A stretch of 64,000 bases of DNA, from positions 57,305-121,304 of the forward strand of contig CASFTV010000010.1 in assembly GCA_949297765.1 (NCBI GenBank). The letters run 5' to 3'. This DNA comes from an uncultured bacterium. Lineage in GTDB: Bacteria; Verrucomicrobiota; Lentisphaeria; Victivallales; UBA1829. The notes beneath the pieces were generated by a model. It was given only the letters and a program-made list of their open reading frames with translations, ran no database searches and was not told the origin of the DNA. Below, one piece after another: positions 9,228-20,827 of this stretch; position 1 is the stretch's first letter, and every line of letters begins with the position of its first letter. The position numbers and the translations under genes are program-made.

Positions 9228-10394
9228 ATGAAAAACAGTTCGAATGTATGGATCTGTGCGCTTCTGGCCGGACTCGTCGCGGCGGGAGGATGTGCAAAAA
9301 AAGAGACAAAGAAGATCGGCGAACGCGAAATCCGTGTTACGATCGAACCGCTTCAGAAACGGATCTTCCGCCAGCAGATTCCCGTTCAGGGAACCGTCTG
9401 GCCTGTGGAATATGCAACCATTTCCGCAAAGATCAGCGGAACGCTGGAACTGCTGAAGGTCGACGAGGGAGACACCCGGAAAAAAGGCGACACTCTCTTC
9501 GGAATCGACCGCCAGATCCTGAAAAACCAGGTGACAGTCCGGGAGGACGAGATCAAGGTGAAAACGGCGGAACTGGAGAGCGCTCGCATCGCCCTGAAGA
9601 CCGCGGAGATTTCCAAACGGAAGGCGGAACTGGATTACGAACGATTCCTCCGGCTCTGGCAGTCGAAGGCGACCAGCCAGGCGGAGTTCGAAAGCTATGA
9701 GACCGCCCATAAAAAAGCGGAAATGGACGTCCGCAGCGCCAAAGCCGCCATCATCAATGCGGAAGCCCAGCTGAAACAGGCGGAGAGCAACCTGACCATC
9801 GCCCGGAAAAATCTGGACGACTCCGTGATCCGGGCCCCGTTCGACTGCATCGTCACCGACAAGTACATCGAAGAGAACGAGTATGTGACCGCCGGTCAGA
9901 ACATCCTGAAGCTGGAAAACCAGAAACGCCTGGAGGTGATCTGCTACATCAGCGCCGTGTATTACGAGGACGTGATTCCCGGAAAGACTCCGGTCTCTTT
10001 CGCGGTGGACGGCGAAGGAAAAGGACGGGGCGTTGTCACCTACAAGGCGCCGAGCATTGATCCGGAAAGCCGGACGTTCAAACTCAAGATCCTGGTTCCG
10101 GACGGCGTTTCACTGGTCAGCGGAATGCTCTGCAATTTGAGTCTGATCCTGACGGAAAAAGAGGCATACGGCCTCCCCGCGGATGCTCTGCTGCTGCGCG
10201 CGAACGACCGCTACATCGTCTATGCGATTGATGCGAACAAGCGCGCGAAAAGTTTCGATGTCGTGCGCGGAATTGTGGACGGCAAATACTGCGAAGTGGT
10301 CAACGCGCAGGAGCTGCTGAAAGAACGCTTCGTCGTGACCGGTCAGACATTTGTGAACAACGGTTCGCTCCTTCGGGAAGTGAAAGCGGAATAA
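9228..10394 (+). CDS. RND efflux periplasmic adaptor (membrane fusion) lipoprotein
   Basis: Lipobox-like LVAAGGC, ISAKISGTLELLKVDEGD, coiled hairpin, IRAPFD, IDPESRTF; start 9228 or 9210. Confidence 0.92.
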   Translation: MKNSSNVWICALLAGLVAAGGCAKKETKKIGEREIRVTIEPLQKRIFRQQIPVQGTVWPVEYATISAKISGTLELLKVDEGDTRKKGDTLFGIDRQILKNQVTVREDEIKVKTAELESARIALKTAEISKRKAELDYERFLRLWQSKATSQAEFESYETAHKKAEMDVRSAKAAIINAEAQLKQAESNLTIARKNLDDSVIRAPFDCIVTDKYIEENEYVTAGQNILKLENQKRLEVICYISAVYYEDVIPGKTPVSFAVDGEGKGRGVVTYKAPSIDPESRTFKLKILVPDGVSLVSGMLCNLSLILTEKEAYGLPADALLLRANDRYIVYAIDANKRAKSFDVVRGIVDGKYCEVVNAQELLKERFVVTGQTFVNNGSLLREVKAE

Positions 10395-10407
10395 CGGAGG
10401 ACGCCCG

Positions 10408-13400
10408 ATGTTTCTGAGCAGATGGTCCGTTCAGCGGCCGATCGCCATGACGGCTCTGATCATCGTTCTCGTGATGATCGGAGCGAGTCTTTATCCCCGG
10501 ATCAGCATCGACTTGCTGCCCAATATGGAAATTCCGACCGTTCTGGTCCGCTGCGAGTACGAAGGCGCAAGCCCGACCGAAATCGAGGTTGAAATCGCCA
10601 AACGGATCGAAGATGCGGTTTCGTCGCTCGACGGCATCAAGCACGTTACCAGCGTTTCGATCGAGGACGAGGCGAGAATCCAGCTGGAATTCAATATGGG
10701 GATCGACGTCGATGTCGCGGCAACCGATATCCGCGAAGCCCTGAACCGTATCCGGGAGGATTTCCCCGACGGTGCAAAAGAGCCGACCATCCGGAAAATT
10801 GATACGAACGCGACAACCGTCGTCCAGGCGTTCCTCGTCGGCGACCGCACGCAGGACGATCTTTACGACTATGCGGATGACGTGATCGCCGACCGTTTCG
10901 CTTCGGTTCCCGGCGTCGGCGAGGTCCGCGTGTACGGCGCCAACGAAATGCAGATCCATGTTCTGCTCAACCGCGAAAAACTCACCGCGATGAATCTTTC
11001 GATCAACGACGTCGTAAGCAAGCTGGAAGCCAACAACGTCCGCAAGCCCCTCGGCCGAATCCAGTTCGACAAGGGCGAAAAGAACGTCACCTTCGACGGC
11101 GATTTCAAAGATTTCGAACAGATCAAGGCTCTGGAAATCGGAAAGTTCAAAAACAAACGCGTCTACCTGCGCGACGTTGCGGATGTCAAGTTCATGAGCC
11201 GTGAAGTCCGCAGCAAAGCATACGTCAACGGCGAACCGGCCGCCCGCTTCCGCATCGTCAAGAAGGGCGAGGCCAACGCCATCGAGGTGATCAACGGAAT
11301 CCGCCAGCGCTTCAACACAATGATCCGGAACGGCGAGCTTCCGACCGGCATGAAACTGGTCTGGTTCACCGACTCCGGCGCCTTCATTCAGGCCTCCGTG
11401 GACGATGCGTGGAGCAGCATTCTGACCGGTATCATCCTCACAGCGATTCTGCTGTTCCTCTTTCTGCATGAGCCGAAATCGACCTTCATCGTGATGATCT
11501 CCATGCCGATTTCCGTGATCGTGACCTTTGCCGTGATGGCGTATTTCCAATACTCCTTCAATATTATGACGCTTCTTTCCCTCGGGTGTTCCGTGGGCGT
11601 TCTGGTGACGAACTCCATCGTGGTGATCGAAAACATCTTCAAGCATCTCGACCGCGGCGAACCGATCAAGACCGCCGCGGAGCGCGGAACCGGCGAGGTG
11701 ATCGCCGCCGTGTCCGCCAGCGCCCTGACCAACGTGGTGGTGTTCGTTCCCGTGATGATGATGACCACCCGGATTGGAAGCATGATGGTTCCGTTCGCCG
11801 GCGTGATGGTCGGCGCGACGCTGGTTTCCCTGTTCATCAGTTTCACGCTGACCCCGATTCTCGCCTGCGTGCTGCTGAAGAGAAAGAGAAAAGCAAGAGA
11901 GGGAGAACCGAAAATGACCTTCCTCCAGAAATGCTTTGTCCCGTGGGACCGCGGATACGACTGGCTCTGCCGCCTGTTCGACCGGAGCATCGAATGGACC
12001 GCCCGCTATCCGAAAACCCTGATGCTCGCCGTTCTGGCGCTTGCGGGGGCGGTCTACTTTCTGATCGTTCCGCAGGTGGGACTCTCCTTCCTGCCCTTCT
12101 GCGACCAGGGCGAGATCCGGATCAAATTTGAATTCCCGACCAACTACAACCTGGATACGACGAACCGGCTGATTCAGGAAGCGGCCGATCATTTGAAAAA
12201 ATTTGACTTCATCCGCGGCATGTCGATTTCGGTGGGCGACTCCGACGGCGGAAGCGGACAGGTCAGCTCCGCCGTCTACCTCGGCCAGATCAATCTGCGC
12301 ACAACGGATAAATTCGAGCGCAAGGAGTCCATCTACGATCTTCAGGCACTTCTCCGGAAGGAGCTTGCCTATCTGGACAACTGCCGGGTAACCCTCTCCA
12401 TTCCTCCGACCTTCGGCGGAAGCGGCGCCGAGATCCGCTGCGTGATCAACGGCCCCGATCTGGATGTGCTGGAAGCCGCTGAAATGGAGGTCATGGAAAA
12501 ACTCCCGACACTCGGCATCACCCGCGACCTGGACTCCAGCCGGCGCGAACGCAAGCCGAACATCAACATCACACCGCGGCGGACCGTGCTGCAGAATCTG
12601 GGAATGTCCGCCAACGAGGTGTATGAATATCTGCTCGGAACGCTCGACGGCATCGAAGTCGGCGACTACCGTTCCGGCGCACGCACGTTCGACATCCGCG
12701 TCAAAAACCAGAAGGAATACGGCGAAGAACAGCTCCGCCTTGCCACGCCGACGGTCAAGGACAACAATCCCCTCGGAACCGAAGTTCTTGCCGAAATCAC
12801 GGAAGACACCCGTCCGGTCGTGGTCAACCGCTACGACAAGGTCCGGACCATGTGGCTGTATGCGAATACCGCTCCCGGCATGGCGCTTGGAACGGTCTCC
12901 AACGCCATCGGCGAAATGGCGCAGCAGGCGCTCCCGCCCGGATACGGCGTCCGGATGAGCGGAAGCGTGGAGCTGATGAACGAAACCGCCCGCGAGTTCA
13001 TTCAGGTGATTATCCTCGCCGCGATCCTGACGTATCTGCTGATCGCGGCGATCATGGAGTCCTGGACACGGCCGTTCCTGATCATGTTTACTGTCCCGCT
13101 CGGATTCCTCGGCATGTATGCCACGCTCTGGTTCGCCGGAATGTCCATGTCGATGATGGGGCTGCTCGGCGGCGTGATGATGATCGGAATCGTGGTCAAC
13201 AACGCAATTCTGATTATGGATGAATGCGCCGTGCTGACCAAATCGGGAATGACCACCCACAAGGCGATGCTCCGGGCGACGCAGTCGAAGTTCCGTCCGA
13301 TTGTGATGACCAGTATCGCATCCGTCGCCGGAATGCTGCCGATGGCGTTCGGAACAGGACTGGGATCCGAACTGCGTTCCAGCTGCGGAATGGGCGTCGT

Positions 13401-13554
13401 CGGCGGACTGACGATCGCATCGCTGCTGACCCTGTATGTGATCCCCGCGCTCTACTTCATTTTTGTCCATGACACGGCCAAGCCCAGAAAACATCTTCTG
13501 CTGCGCTTCATCTCCCGTTTCCGCCGGAAAAAAGGCGCTCCCGGTGCCGCGTGA
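10408..13554 (+). CDS. RND transporter permease (AcrB/AcrD/AcrF family)
   Basis: 1048 aa; MFLSRWSVQRP, GVLVTNSIVVIENI, GIVVNNAILIMD, RPIVMTS. Confidence 0.95.
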   Translation: MFLSRWSVQRPIAMTALIIVLVMIGASLYPRISIDLLPNMEIPTVLVRCEYEGASPTEIEVEIAKRIEDAVSSLDGIKHVTSVSIEDEARIQLEFNMGIDVDVAATDIREALNRIREDFPDGAKEPTIRKIDTNATTVVQAFLVGDRTQDDLYDYADDVIADRFASVPGVGEVRVYGANEMQIHVLLNREKLTAMNLSINDVVSKLEANNVRKPLGRIQFDKGEKNVTFDGDFKDFEQIKALEIGKFKNKRVYLRDVADVKFMSREVRSKAYVNGEPAARFRIVKKGEANAIEVINGIRQRFNTMIRNGELPTGMKLVWFTDSGAFIQASVDDAWSSILTGIILTAILLFLFLHEPKSTFIVMISMPISVIVTFAVMAYFQYSFNIMTLLSLGCSVGVLVTNSIVVIENIFKHLDRGEPIKTAAERGTGEVIAAVSASALTNVVVFVPVMMMTTRIGSMMVPFAGVMVGATLVSLFISFTLTPILACVLLKRKRKAREGEPKMTFLQKCFVPWDRGYDWLCRLFDRSIEWTARYPKTLMLAVLALAGAVYFLIVPQVGLSFLPFCDQGEIRIKFEFPTNYNLDTTNRLIQEAADHLKKFDFIRGMSISVGDSDGGSGQVSSAVYLGQINLRTTDKFERKESIYDLQALLRKELAYLDNCRVTLSIPPTFGGSGAEIRCVINGPDLDVLEAAEMEVMEKLPTLGITRDLDSSRRERKPNINITPRRTVLQNLGMSANEVYEYLLGTLDGIEVGDYRSGARTFDIRVKNQKEYGEEQLRLATPTVKDNNPLGTEVLAEITEDTRPVVVNRYDKVRTMWLYANTAPGMALGTVSNAIGEMAQQALPPGYGVRMSGSVELMNETAREFIQVIILAAILTYLLIAAIMESWTRPFLIMFTVPLGFLGMYATLWFAGMSMSMMGLLGGVMMIGIVVNNAILIMDECAVLTKSGMTTHKAMLRATQSKFRPIVMTSIASVAGMLPMAFGTGLGSELRSSCGMGVVGGLTIASLLTLYVIPALYFIFVHDTAKPRKHLLLRFISRFRRKKGAPGAA

Positions 13555-13689
13555 TCCCCTTCCGCGGACCGGAGAAAGTCCGCGGAAAACTTTCCTGAAA
13601 ATTCCCGCTGGAAATGGACCGCGGACGGGTGTATAGTAGCAGAACATCCGAAACAACAACGGAAACTTCAAAAAAAAGGAACCCGACGC

Positions 13690-14430
13690 ATGATTCAGCT
13701 CCCGATCGCTCTGCAGGCCTATTCCCTGCGCAAAATCTTCGAAGACAATCCGCTCCAGGCACTCCGGATCATCCGGAACGCCGGATTCAACGGTGTGGAG
13801 TTTTACGGCTCCCATTTTCAGCCGGAACTGTATGCGGCGCTTCTGAAGGAGACCGGGCTGGTCTGCGCCGGATGGCACACCGGAATCGACGATCTGGAAA
13901 AGAATTTCGACGGGATTCTCCGCCGCAATCTTGCGGTCGGCAACCGGTACATCTGCGTGCCGTATTTCAAGTCCGATTCCGTGGACGGATGGCTCGCCTT
14001 CGCCGGACGTCTGAATGCGATCGCCGAAAAACTTGCACGGTACGGGATGAGAACCGGATATCACAGTCACGCACACGATCATCAGAGTGTGCAGGGACGG
14101 ATTCCGTGGGAGATCGTTGCGGAAAACACCTCTCCGCAGGTGATTCTCCAGCTGGATACCGGAAACGCAATGTGCGGTGGCGCGGATGTGTTTTCCGTGC
14201 TGAGCAGATATCCCGGACGGAATCAGAGCATCCATCTGAAGCCGTATGCGGAAAACGGCGGGTATGAACCGGCGATCGGGGAGGATGATCTGCCGTGGGA
14301 GAAGATTCTCTCCTGGTGTGAAAACGAGGGGCGGACGGAGTGGCTCGTGATCGAATACGAGATGGAGAAAGATCCCGCCGCTGCATCGGAACGGTCTCTG
14401 CGTTTCCTGCGGAATCTCCGTCCCTGCTGA
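13690..14430 (+). CDS. Sugar phosphate isomerase/epimerase (xylose-isomerase-like TIM barrel)
   Basis: IALQAYSLR, GFNGVEF, GYHSH, LQLDTGN, SIHLK, WLVIEYE. Confidence 0.88.
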   Translation: MIQLPIALQAYSLRKIFEDNPLQALRIIRNAGFNGVEFYGSHFQPELYAALLKETGLVCAGWHTGIDDLEKNFDGILRRNLAVGNRYICVPYFKSDSVDGWLAFAGRLNAIAEKLARYGMRTGYHSHAHDHQSVQGRIPWEIVAENTSPQVILQLDTGNAMCGGADVFSVLSRYPGRNQSIHLKPYAENGGYEPAIGEDDLPWEKILSWCENEGRTEWLVIEYEMEKDPAAASERSLRFLRNLRPC

Positions 14431-14439
14431 GAGGCGGAA

Positions 14440-15257
14440 ATGTGCGTGAAACCGTTTTATCATCCTTATCCGGTTGGAAGACAGTCGGATTTCACGCTGG
14501 TCGCCGTGTTCCATGAATCGCAGGAATTCATCCGGAACTACACGCTGCCGTTCAATATGATCGCCATCTGCCTCCGCTCCGAAGGGCCGGATGCGTCGGT
14601 TTCGACGAACCTGAGGACGGGGGGCGCTTCTCCATGCGGGAGAACGATATCACCCTGATTCCCTGCAATCTTTCCCAGCAGTACTGTCATACGACCCGGA
14701 ACGAGCGCTACGGCATCCATTTCAAGCTGGAGCTCTATCCGGGCGTGGACGTCTTCAGCGGATGTACCGGACGGATCACCGAAAATTCACCGGAACTCCG
14801 CCGGGAGGCGGAGGACATTTTCGCCGAAACGGATCCTGTGCTCATGCTCTCCCGGTGCCGTGAATTCGCTCTCCGCTTCTGCCACCGCCACTGGCCGGAA
14901 CAGTACGGATTCCATCCGGAAAAGGTCCGGATGTTCGAGGAGATCCTCCGCTATGTCCGGAACAGCATCAGCGCGGAACTGACCGTGGAAAAGGTCGCGG
15001 AAAAGATGCACCGTTCGCCGGAGAATTTCGCGAGAGTCTTTCACGCGGTCTTTCACCGGACTCCGAAACAGTTCCTCCAGGAGGAGCTGTTCCGGAAGGC
15101 GGCGCAGATGCTGCTGGATCCGGAGGCGTCGGTGAAGTCGGTTGCCGACGAATTGAATTTTTCCTCCGAATTTTATTTTTCGAAGTTTTTCAAGCGTCTT
15201 TCCGGTTCTTCGCCGCGGGAATACCGGTTATCCTCTTCCGGCATTCGGAGAGGATAA
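14440..15257 (+). pseudogene. AraC-family regulator split by a frameshift in a G6 run (14619-14624)
   Basis: ORFs 14440..14658 and 14634..15257 overlap out of frame; one extra base gives ...RTGGRFSMRENDI... (about 272 aa). AraC HTH: SVKSVADELNFSSEFYFSKFFKRLSGSSPREYR. Confidence 0.75.
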
Positions 15258-16529
15258 GGCACCGGAAGAGTTTTTCTCTCTCCGCGGATCCAGAATCCAG
15301 CACTCCCAGTAGACCACCGCGCAGAACAGAATCAGGCAGACGGGAACAACCAGAATGGCTCCCTTCAATCCGAAATGGTCGCCGAGGAAGCCCATCAGCC
15401 AGGTGAAGACTCCGCAGCCGGGAATTCCCATTGCGGAAAAATAGATGTAGAGCATCGTGGAATCCAGTTTCGGCATACTGGTGACTCCATACACCTGAGC
15501 GGTCGGCCAGAACGGCGCAACTCCGATTCCGGAAAGGGTCAGAAGAAGATACAGCAGCGTGAACGTCAGCGGCCGCGGCAGTACTCCCGGTTCCAGAAAG
15601 GCCAGCAGAAACGTGACGGGGATTGTGCACAGTCCGCATCCCAGCAGAATGTAGCGCAGATGGTGCGGACGGGCAAAGTATCCGAATCCGGTCCGCCCGA
15701 GAAACATTCCCAGCGCGATGGCGCCGGTTCCGAGTCCCGCCACCCACGTTCCCGTATGGAAGTTCAGCTGGACGTAGGCCGCGGACCAGAAGGTCAGTCC
15801 GAATTCCGCGCCCGCTCCGAAGAACATCATCAGGCAGCAGATCCAGAACCGGGGAACCCGCGCAATCTCCACCGAATACCGCCACACCTCCCGGAATGTG
15901 ACGCCGCCGCTGACCTCCGGATATCTCTTCTGCGGATTTTCCCGCCAGAGAAACAGAAGCGCCGTCAGAAGCGTGAGCAGTCCGATTCCCGCAAGAATGG
16001 AGCGCCAGCCCATTCCGAGCGTCCAGAGCCCTCCCACCACCACAACAACCGCTCCGGTCCCGATCGACCAGAAGGAATGCGTGATGTTCACATAGCGTTC
16101 CGGCGCGTCCGGATGCAGATCCTGGACAAACGGCGTGGCGATCCCCTCGCAGATGCCTTCCCCGAATCCCGCAAGAAGCAGACAGGGGATCAGCACCCAG
16201 TAGGCCGGCGCGAATGCACACAGGAAAATTCCGCCGCCCATCAGCAGCAGCGATGTCCCCATGGAAAGGCGTTTCCCGATCCGTCCGGAAATCGTCCCGC
16301 ACAGCAGCAGCGCCGCCACCATCGTGATGCTGCGGGTCAGATGGAGGGTTCCGCCGGCCGCCATTCCGCCCTGATCCAGCGGAAACTGCAGCGCTTCGCC
16401 GATCGCCACGATCATCAGCGGAATCGACAGGGAGCAGAGGGCATAGGTGACGGAGGCGGAAAAGACGGCGTAATCGAACCGTCCGAAACGGAGTTTTTCG
16501 CGGGGCATGTTGCTGTTTTCTCCCGTCAT
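15228..16529 (-). CDS. MFS transporter
   Basis: 433 aa with about 12 hydrophobic segments; GTISGRIGKR MFS motif A-like. Confidence 0.9.
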   Translation of the reverse strand: MTGENSNMPREKLRFGRFDYAVFSASVTYALCSLSIPLMIVAIGEALQFPLDQGGMAAGGTLHLTRSITMVAALLLCGTISGRIGKRLSMGTSLLLMGGGIFLCAFAPAYWVLIPCLLLAGFGEGICEGIATPFVQDLHPDAPERYVNITHSFWSIGTGAVVVVVGGLWTLGMGWRSILAGIGLLTLLTALLFLWRENPQKRYPEVSGGVTFREVWRYSVEIARVPRFWICCLMMFFGAGAEFGLTFWSAAYVQLNFHTGTWVAGLGTGAIALGMFLGRTGFGYFARPHHLRYILLGCGLCTIPVTFLLAFLEPGVLPRPLTFTLLYLLLTLSGIGVAPFWPTAQVYGVTSMPKLDSTMLYIYFSAMGIPGCGVFTWLMGFLGDHFGLKGAILVVPVCLILFCAVVYWECWILDPRREKNSSGALSSPNAGRG

Positions 16530-16714
16530 CCCCGCTCCCGCCGCCGGCGTTTTCCGTGCCGGCGGATGCGGCGTTGCAGGCGGGGATGATTGTGTTGTTC
16601 TGTTGTCCCGGCTTCTCGCGGCAGTCGTTTCTGCCGGAGTCTGCCGGGCCGTGGAAAAATCTTCCGGTTAAGATACAGCGCAACCGGGAAATTTCAAGTC
16701 ATTCTCTTCTTTTT

Positions 16715-19700
16715 TCAGAACTCTATCCGGAGCGGATTGTTTCCTTCCGCGAGAGGAACAGACCATCCGTTGTCCTGTTTTTTCAGGGAGATTCGTTTTC
16801 CGTTGCGGAAGGCGCTTCGGGGTGGCTGTTCCGCGGAGAGAACCAGACGGGAGTTCGCTCCGGCGTCGGCGGAGAGGGTCAGAAGACGCGTCTCCGGATC
16901 GTACCACGCGGAACGGATGTTCAGTTCGCGCCAATCCCGGAACGAGATCCGCAATCCGTCCTCGTTCCAGAGAACCATCCCGATCTGGACGGGAATGCGG
17001 ATTCCGGGCCAGTCGCCCGTCCGCGGATAGGCCGCAAGACTCTTTTCCGCCGTCTCTTTCAGCGGAAAATTCCTTGCAAACACCGCCAGAGCCGGAATGT
17101 AGTCGGGAAGAATCCCTTTCTTCTGTTTCATCAGCAGCGGAATGGAACGGAGTTTCAGATGTGTCTCAATCGCCGCCGTTCCCCATTTCTGATACAGCAG
17201 AATGAGCTGTCCGGGAAAGCCCTGAGAGTAGTCGAACAGATCGTTGGCGGCGAAAAAGTTGCCGTTGGAGTTCGGAAAACGCATATATTTGGCTCCCTCT
17301 TCTCCGAAGCCGACGATCTGATAATCGGTCCTTCCGGCAAATTCCGGGCGGATCGTCTCAAAATATTTCCAGAAGAAGAGCCGGGCCAGCGTGGGAACGG
17401 CCTTTTTCGCAGCCCGGTAGAGCGCCTGTTCCTGTTCCGCAAGATCGCCGTTCAGTTCGGCAAGACGCGCATAGGCGAGCATGCCCGAGTATTCCCCGTT
17501 GAGCATGTCCACCCATGCGCCGACGCCCGTTTCCCGGCAGCTTCCCGCAAGGAACGCATAATCGTCAATGACCTTCTGATACCGCATCACATAGCGGAAA
17601 TAGTTCCAGTTCAGACGGATCGGATCCGCCTGTCCGAATCCGTCCGCGAGCTGACGGGCGATCCAGACGGCGACTGTGCAGGCTTCGTTGGAATCCCCGT
17701 AGATCACTTCCGAACCCATCCCGCCGGAATATTTCACCGTGTTCGGATAGAAACTGTTGAAGATGATCGGATACCGCAGATGCGAAAACGGCTCCTCGCG
17801 GTGACGGGCAAAGTTCTTGTACTGATACAGTTCCAGCGGTTCCAGAAAGCGGCGCCGGACCCGCTCCTCCAGACGAAGCCGGTTCGCCTCGTTCAGGAAA
17901 AACGCTCCCTGAAGCGCGGAGCAGATTCCGAAATTCCACGCAAACGGATCAATGTTCCGCAGCGGCCGGTCTTTTCCCGCCGGATTTTCCGGCGTCCATG
18001 CGTTCACGGAGACCCGTCCGCCGCACGACCAGCGCACACCGCCCTCGAAGCTCCGGTTCTGCGCCGCGTTGATCGTTTCCTTCTTCACGCCGACCGGCAT
18101 GAGATCGTCGTCCGGCGGAAGCGGGAGCGTGTAGCGGACCGCCCTCTGTCCGAGAACGCCGAGCAGCGGTCCGTGAAACGTCGGAATGCCGAAGTCGGTC
18201 ATCGTTCCCTTCGGAGAGACCAGCGGCGTCGCCTGCGCCATGAAACCGCACAGCGGAGGGAGAACGGCAAATTCCTGAACGGACGTATTCCAGTCGTCCT
18301 TTGTCCGCTCGAAACGGAAGACGTTGAGGATGTCAACCGCGTTCCGCTTCCGGTCGATCAAGAAAATCTCCTCGCATCCGACCGGAAAATTCAGCGCAAA
18401 ATTCAGCGAGAGGCGAATCTGTTGCAGAAGTCCGTCGGGCAGGGGGGCTTTCCCGTTTCCGCACTCCGTCTCCCGGACCCCCCACGGACGTCCCGTCGCG
18501 ACAAAGCCAAGTTCCCTGTCCGCACGGATTCCGATCCCCTCCACCGTACCGTTCCGGATCCGGGCGCTCAGTTCTTCCGGCTGTGTCGAGAAAACCACCA
18601 GAAGCGGACGGCTCTTCCCCGGACGGAACAGCAGGAGCCAGGGCGCATTCCATGCGCCGTCCTTCGATTTCCGGTAGAACGTTCCGCCTCTTTTCAGCGG
18701 AACGACCCGGATTCCCTCCGCCGTCTGATACGCGGCGGATTCCGCAATGTTTTCCAGATTCAGGAACACCTCTTTTTCCGGGAAACGCCAGCGGAGAAAC
18801 GGGGTCAGAAGGGAAAGCGACATTTCCCGAACACCGTTTTTCCCCTGAATCCGGTAATTTTTCCCGGTCCAGTCGATCCGGCTGACCGAGAGGGCCGCTT
18901 TCGCTGTCCCGTCGCTGATGCGCAGGAACGGACGGGAGTTCATTCCCGCACTGTCACGCAGATTCCGCACCCGGACCGTGATCCGGTTCTCTTTTCCCCA
19001 TCGGACCAGCTCCTGCGGAATCCGGTAGCGCCGCGGCGCCATCCAGTAACAGGGGGTCTCCTCGCCGGTTTTCCCGGCGGGAACACCGTTGAAGAAAAAT
19101 TCATCCAGATCGTCGATTCCGTCCTTTACCTCGAAGAAAAGTCCCTTTCCCTTCCATTCCGGATCCATGTTCAGGGAGGTTTCATATTCCACTACGCCGA
19201 TTCCCGACCAGAGTTCGCAGGGGTCCGCATCCGCATGATTCTCCGAGGCAAAGCGAATGTTTCCTTCAAGAACTTTCCGTGTCCAGTTCCGGAAGGGAAC
19301 GGACGCGACACCGTCGGACGCAAAGGAGTACTGCTGCGTTTCGCTGGCGACGCTCAGATCTTTTCCGACGCTTTCCACCAGCAGCGGCTCGCCGATCAGC
19401 CAGCCGAATCTGCCCATGCTGCCGCCGGAGAGCCCGAGACGCCACGATGCCGCTTCCTTTGCAGAGAGTCCCGCTTCTCCGGCCGCGGCCAGAACACGCT
19501 TCCGTTCCATTCGGAGCTGTTCGTTCCGCACGGCGCGGTCCCGCCTGTCCAGCTCTGCGGAAACCTTCTCGGAGGAGAGGGCGATCGCGCGCAGGAGAAA
19601 CTTGTCGTAAAATACCGAATCCGACGCATCCAGCCGGTTCCCGATTCCCGAACCGATGTGCAGAACCGATCCCCGTTCCGTCAGAAACGGCGTCCCGTCC

Positions 19701-20787
19701 GTGAACGACAGAAGCACGGCGGAACCTTTCTTCGCTTTCGCCCGGAAATGGACGGCGGGCGCGGCGTCCGTCAGCACCGTCTCCCGCAGAAGCGGATGAT
19801 TCTTCGCCGCGGCTGCGAGTTTCCGCCGCTCCGGAAAACCTTTCTGCGGGAGCGGAGAAAGATCGACGGGAAGCAGGGCGGCGATTTCCGGATCCCCGGG
19901 AAGGCCGTAGACGATCAGGCGCGTCCCCGCGTTCGCCTTCTTTGCGATCGTCCCCGCATTGCCGCTCCTGCCGACGCAGGAATAGACGAGGACATCCGCC
20001 GTTTCCGGAGAGTCCGCATCCTGAATCAGGCCGTCCGCATGTTCCAGCAGAAGATGGCGGAAACTCCAGTTCGGGATGCGGTCGTGAAATTCCCCGTGGG
20101 ACACGCGGCTTTGCACCAGCGCTGAGCGGTCGTCGTTGTCGAACTCAAACCAGACCTTGAGGGGGCGTTCCAGCTGTTGTTTTTTTTTTCGGGCGCGGGG
20201 AACGGGACCACGATGAAGTCCGTTCCGGAAGCGGAAAGTTCATCCGCGGAGACGATTCGGACATCCTCTACCCGGATGGATGCAGCGCTGCCCGGCGGAT
20301 TCGGATCGGTGTTCAGTACAAATTTGATCTGCCGGAGCTGGTAGACCCCGTCGCCGAGTTTGAAATCGGTGTCCAGGCCGAACACATGAGTTTTGAATTC
20401 TCCGTTCCGGACCGGGATGGTGGGACTCCTCGCCGTGATCCACTCCTTCCCTTTTGCATAGAGAAGTTCCACATTCAGAAAGGCATTTCCATTGCTTTTG
20501 TCCCCTTTCAGGCGGAAGATGAGCTTCTCCTGAGCCGCGGCATTCTGATTGAAATTGGCGAACGCGATTGCGTGGTTCTGTTTTGCGGTGTTTTTCAGCG
20601 TCATGGAAAATCCGCTGCTGCCGTCGCCCGTGACAGAGGCTTCCCCGTAGTTTCCGTGTCTGAGAATCTTGAAGCTCAATGGATTCTTCTCCTTTTCTTT
20701 CTCCCGGACAGGACTCCGCGTTTCCGAAAACAGCGGTAGTCCGAGTCCGAACGCCGCCAGAGCCGCCAGAAAAATTCGTTGTTTCAT
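16715..20787 (-). pseudogene. Very large secreted glycan-active protein (about 1357 aa if joined), frameshifted in an A10 tract
   Basis: Signal peptide MKQRIFLAALAAFGLGLPLFS at 20787. T10 at 20180-20189; one extra A gives PEKKKQQLERPLKVWFEFDNDDRSALVQSRVSHG, joining the 1133-aa ORF. GH2-N-like GIDDLDEFFFNG...RRYRIPQELVRWGKENRITVRVRN. Confidence 0.7.
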
Positions 20788-20827
20788 ACCGGTGAATTCC
20801 TTTCGTATTGTATGGTTTTGATCTTCT

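Noticed and set aside
10300-14514. 1404-aa antisense ORF
   Set aside because: Mirrors the RND permease and epimerase genes; no motifs; long shadow ORFs are expected from GC-rich codon bias.
16556-20125. 1189-aa plus-strand ORF
   Set aside because: Antisense shadow of the minus-strand hydrolase-like gene; Arg/Pro-rich with no recognisable domain.
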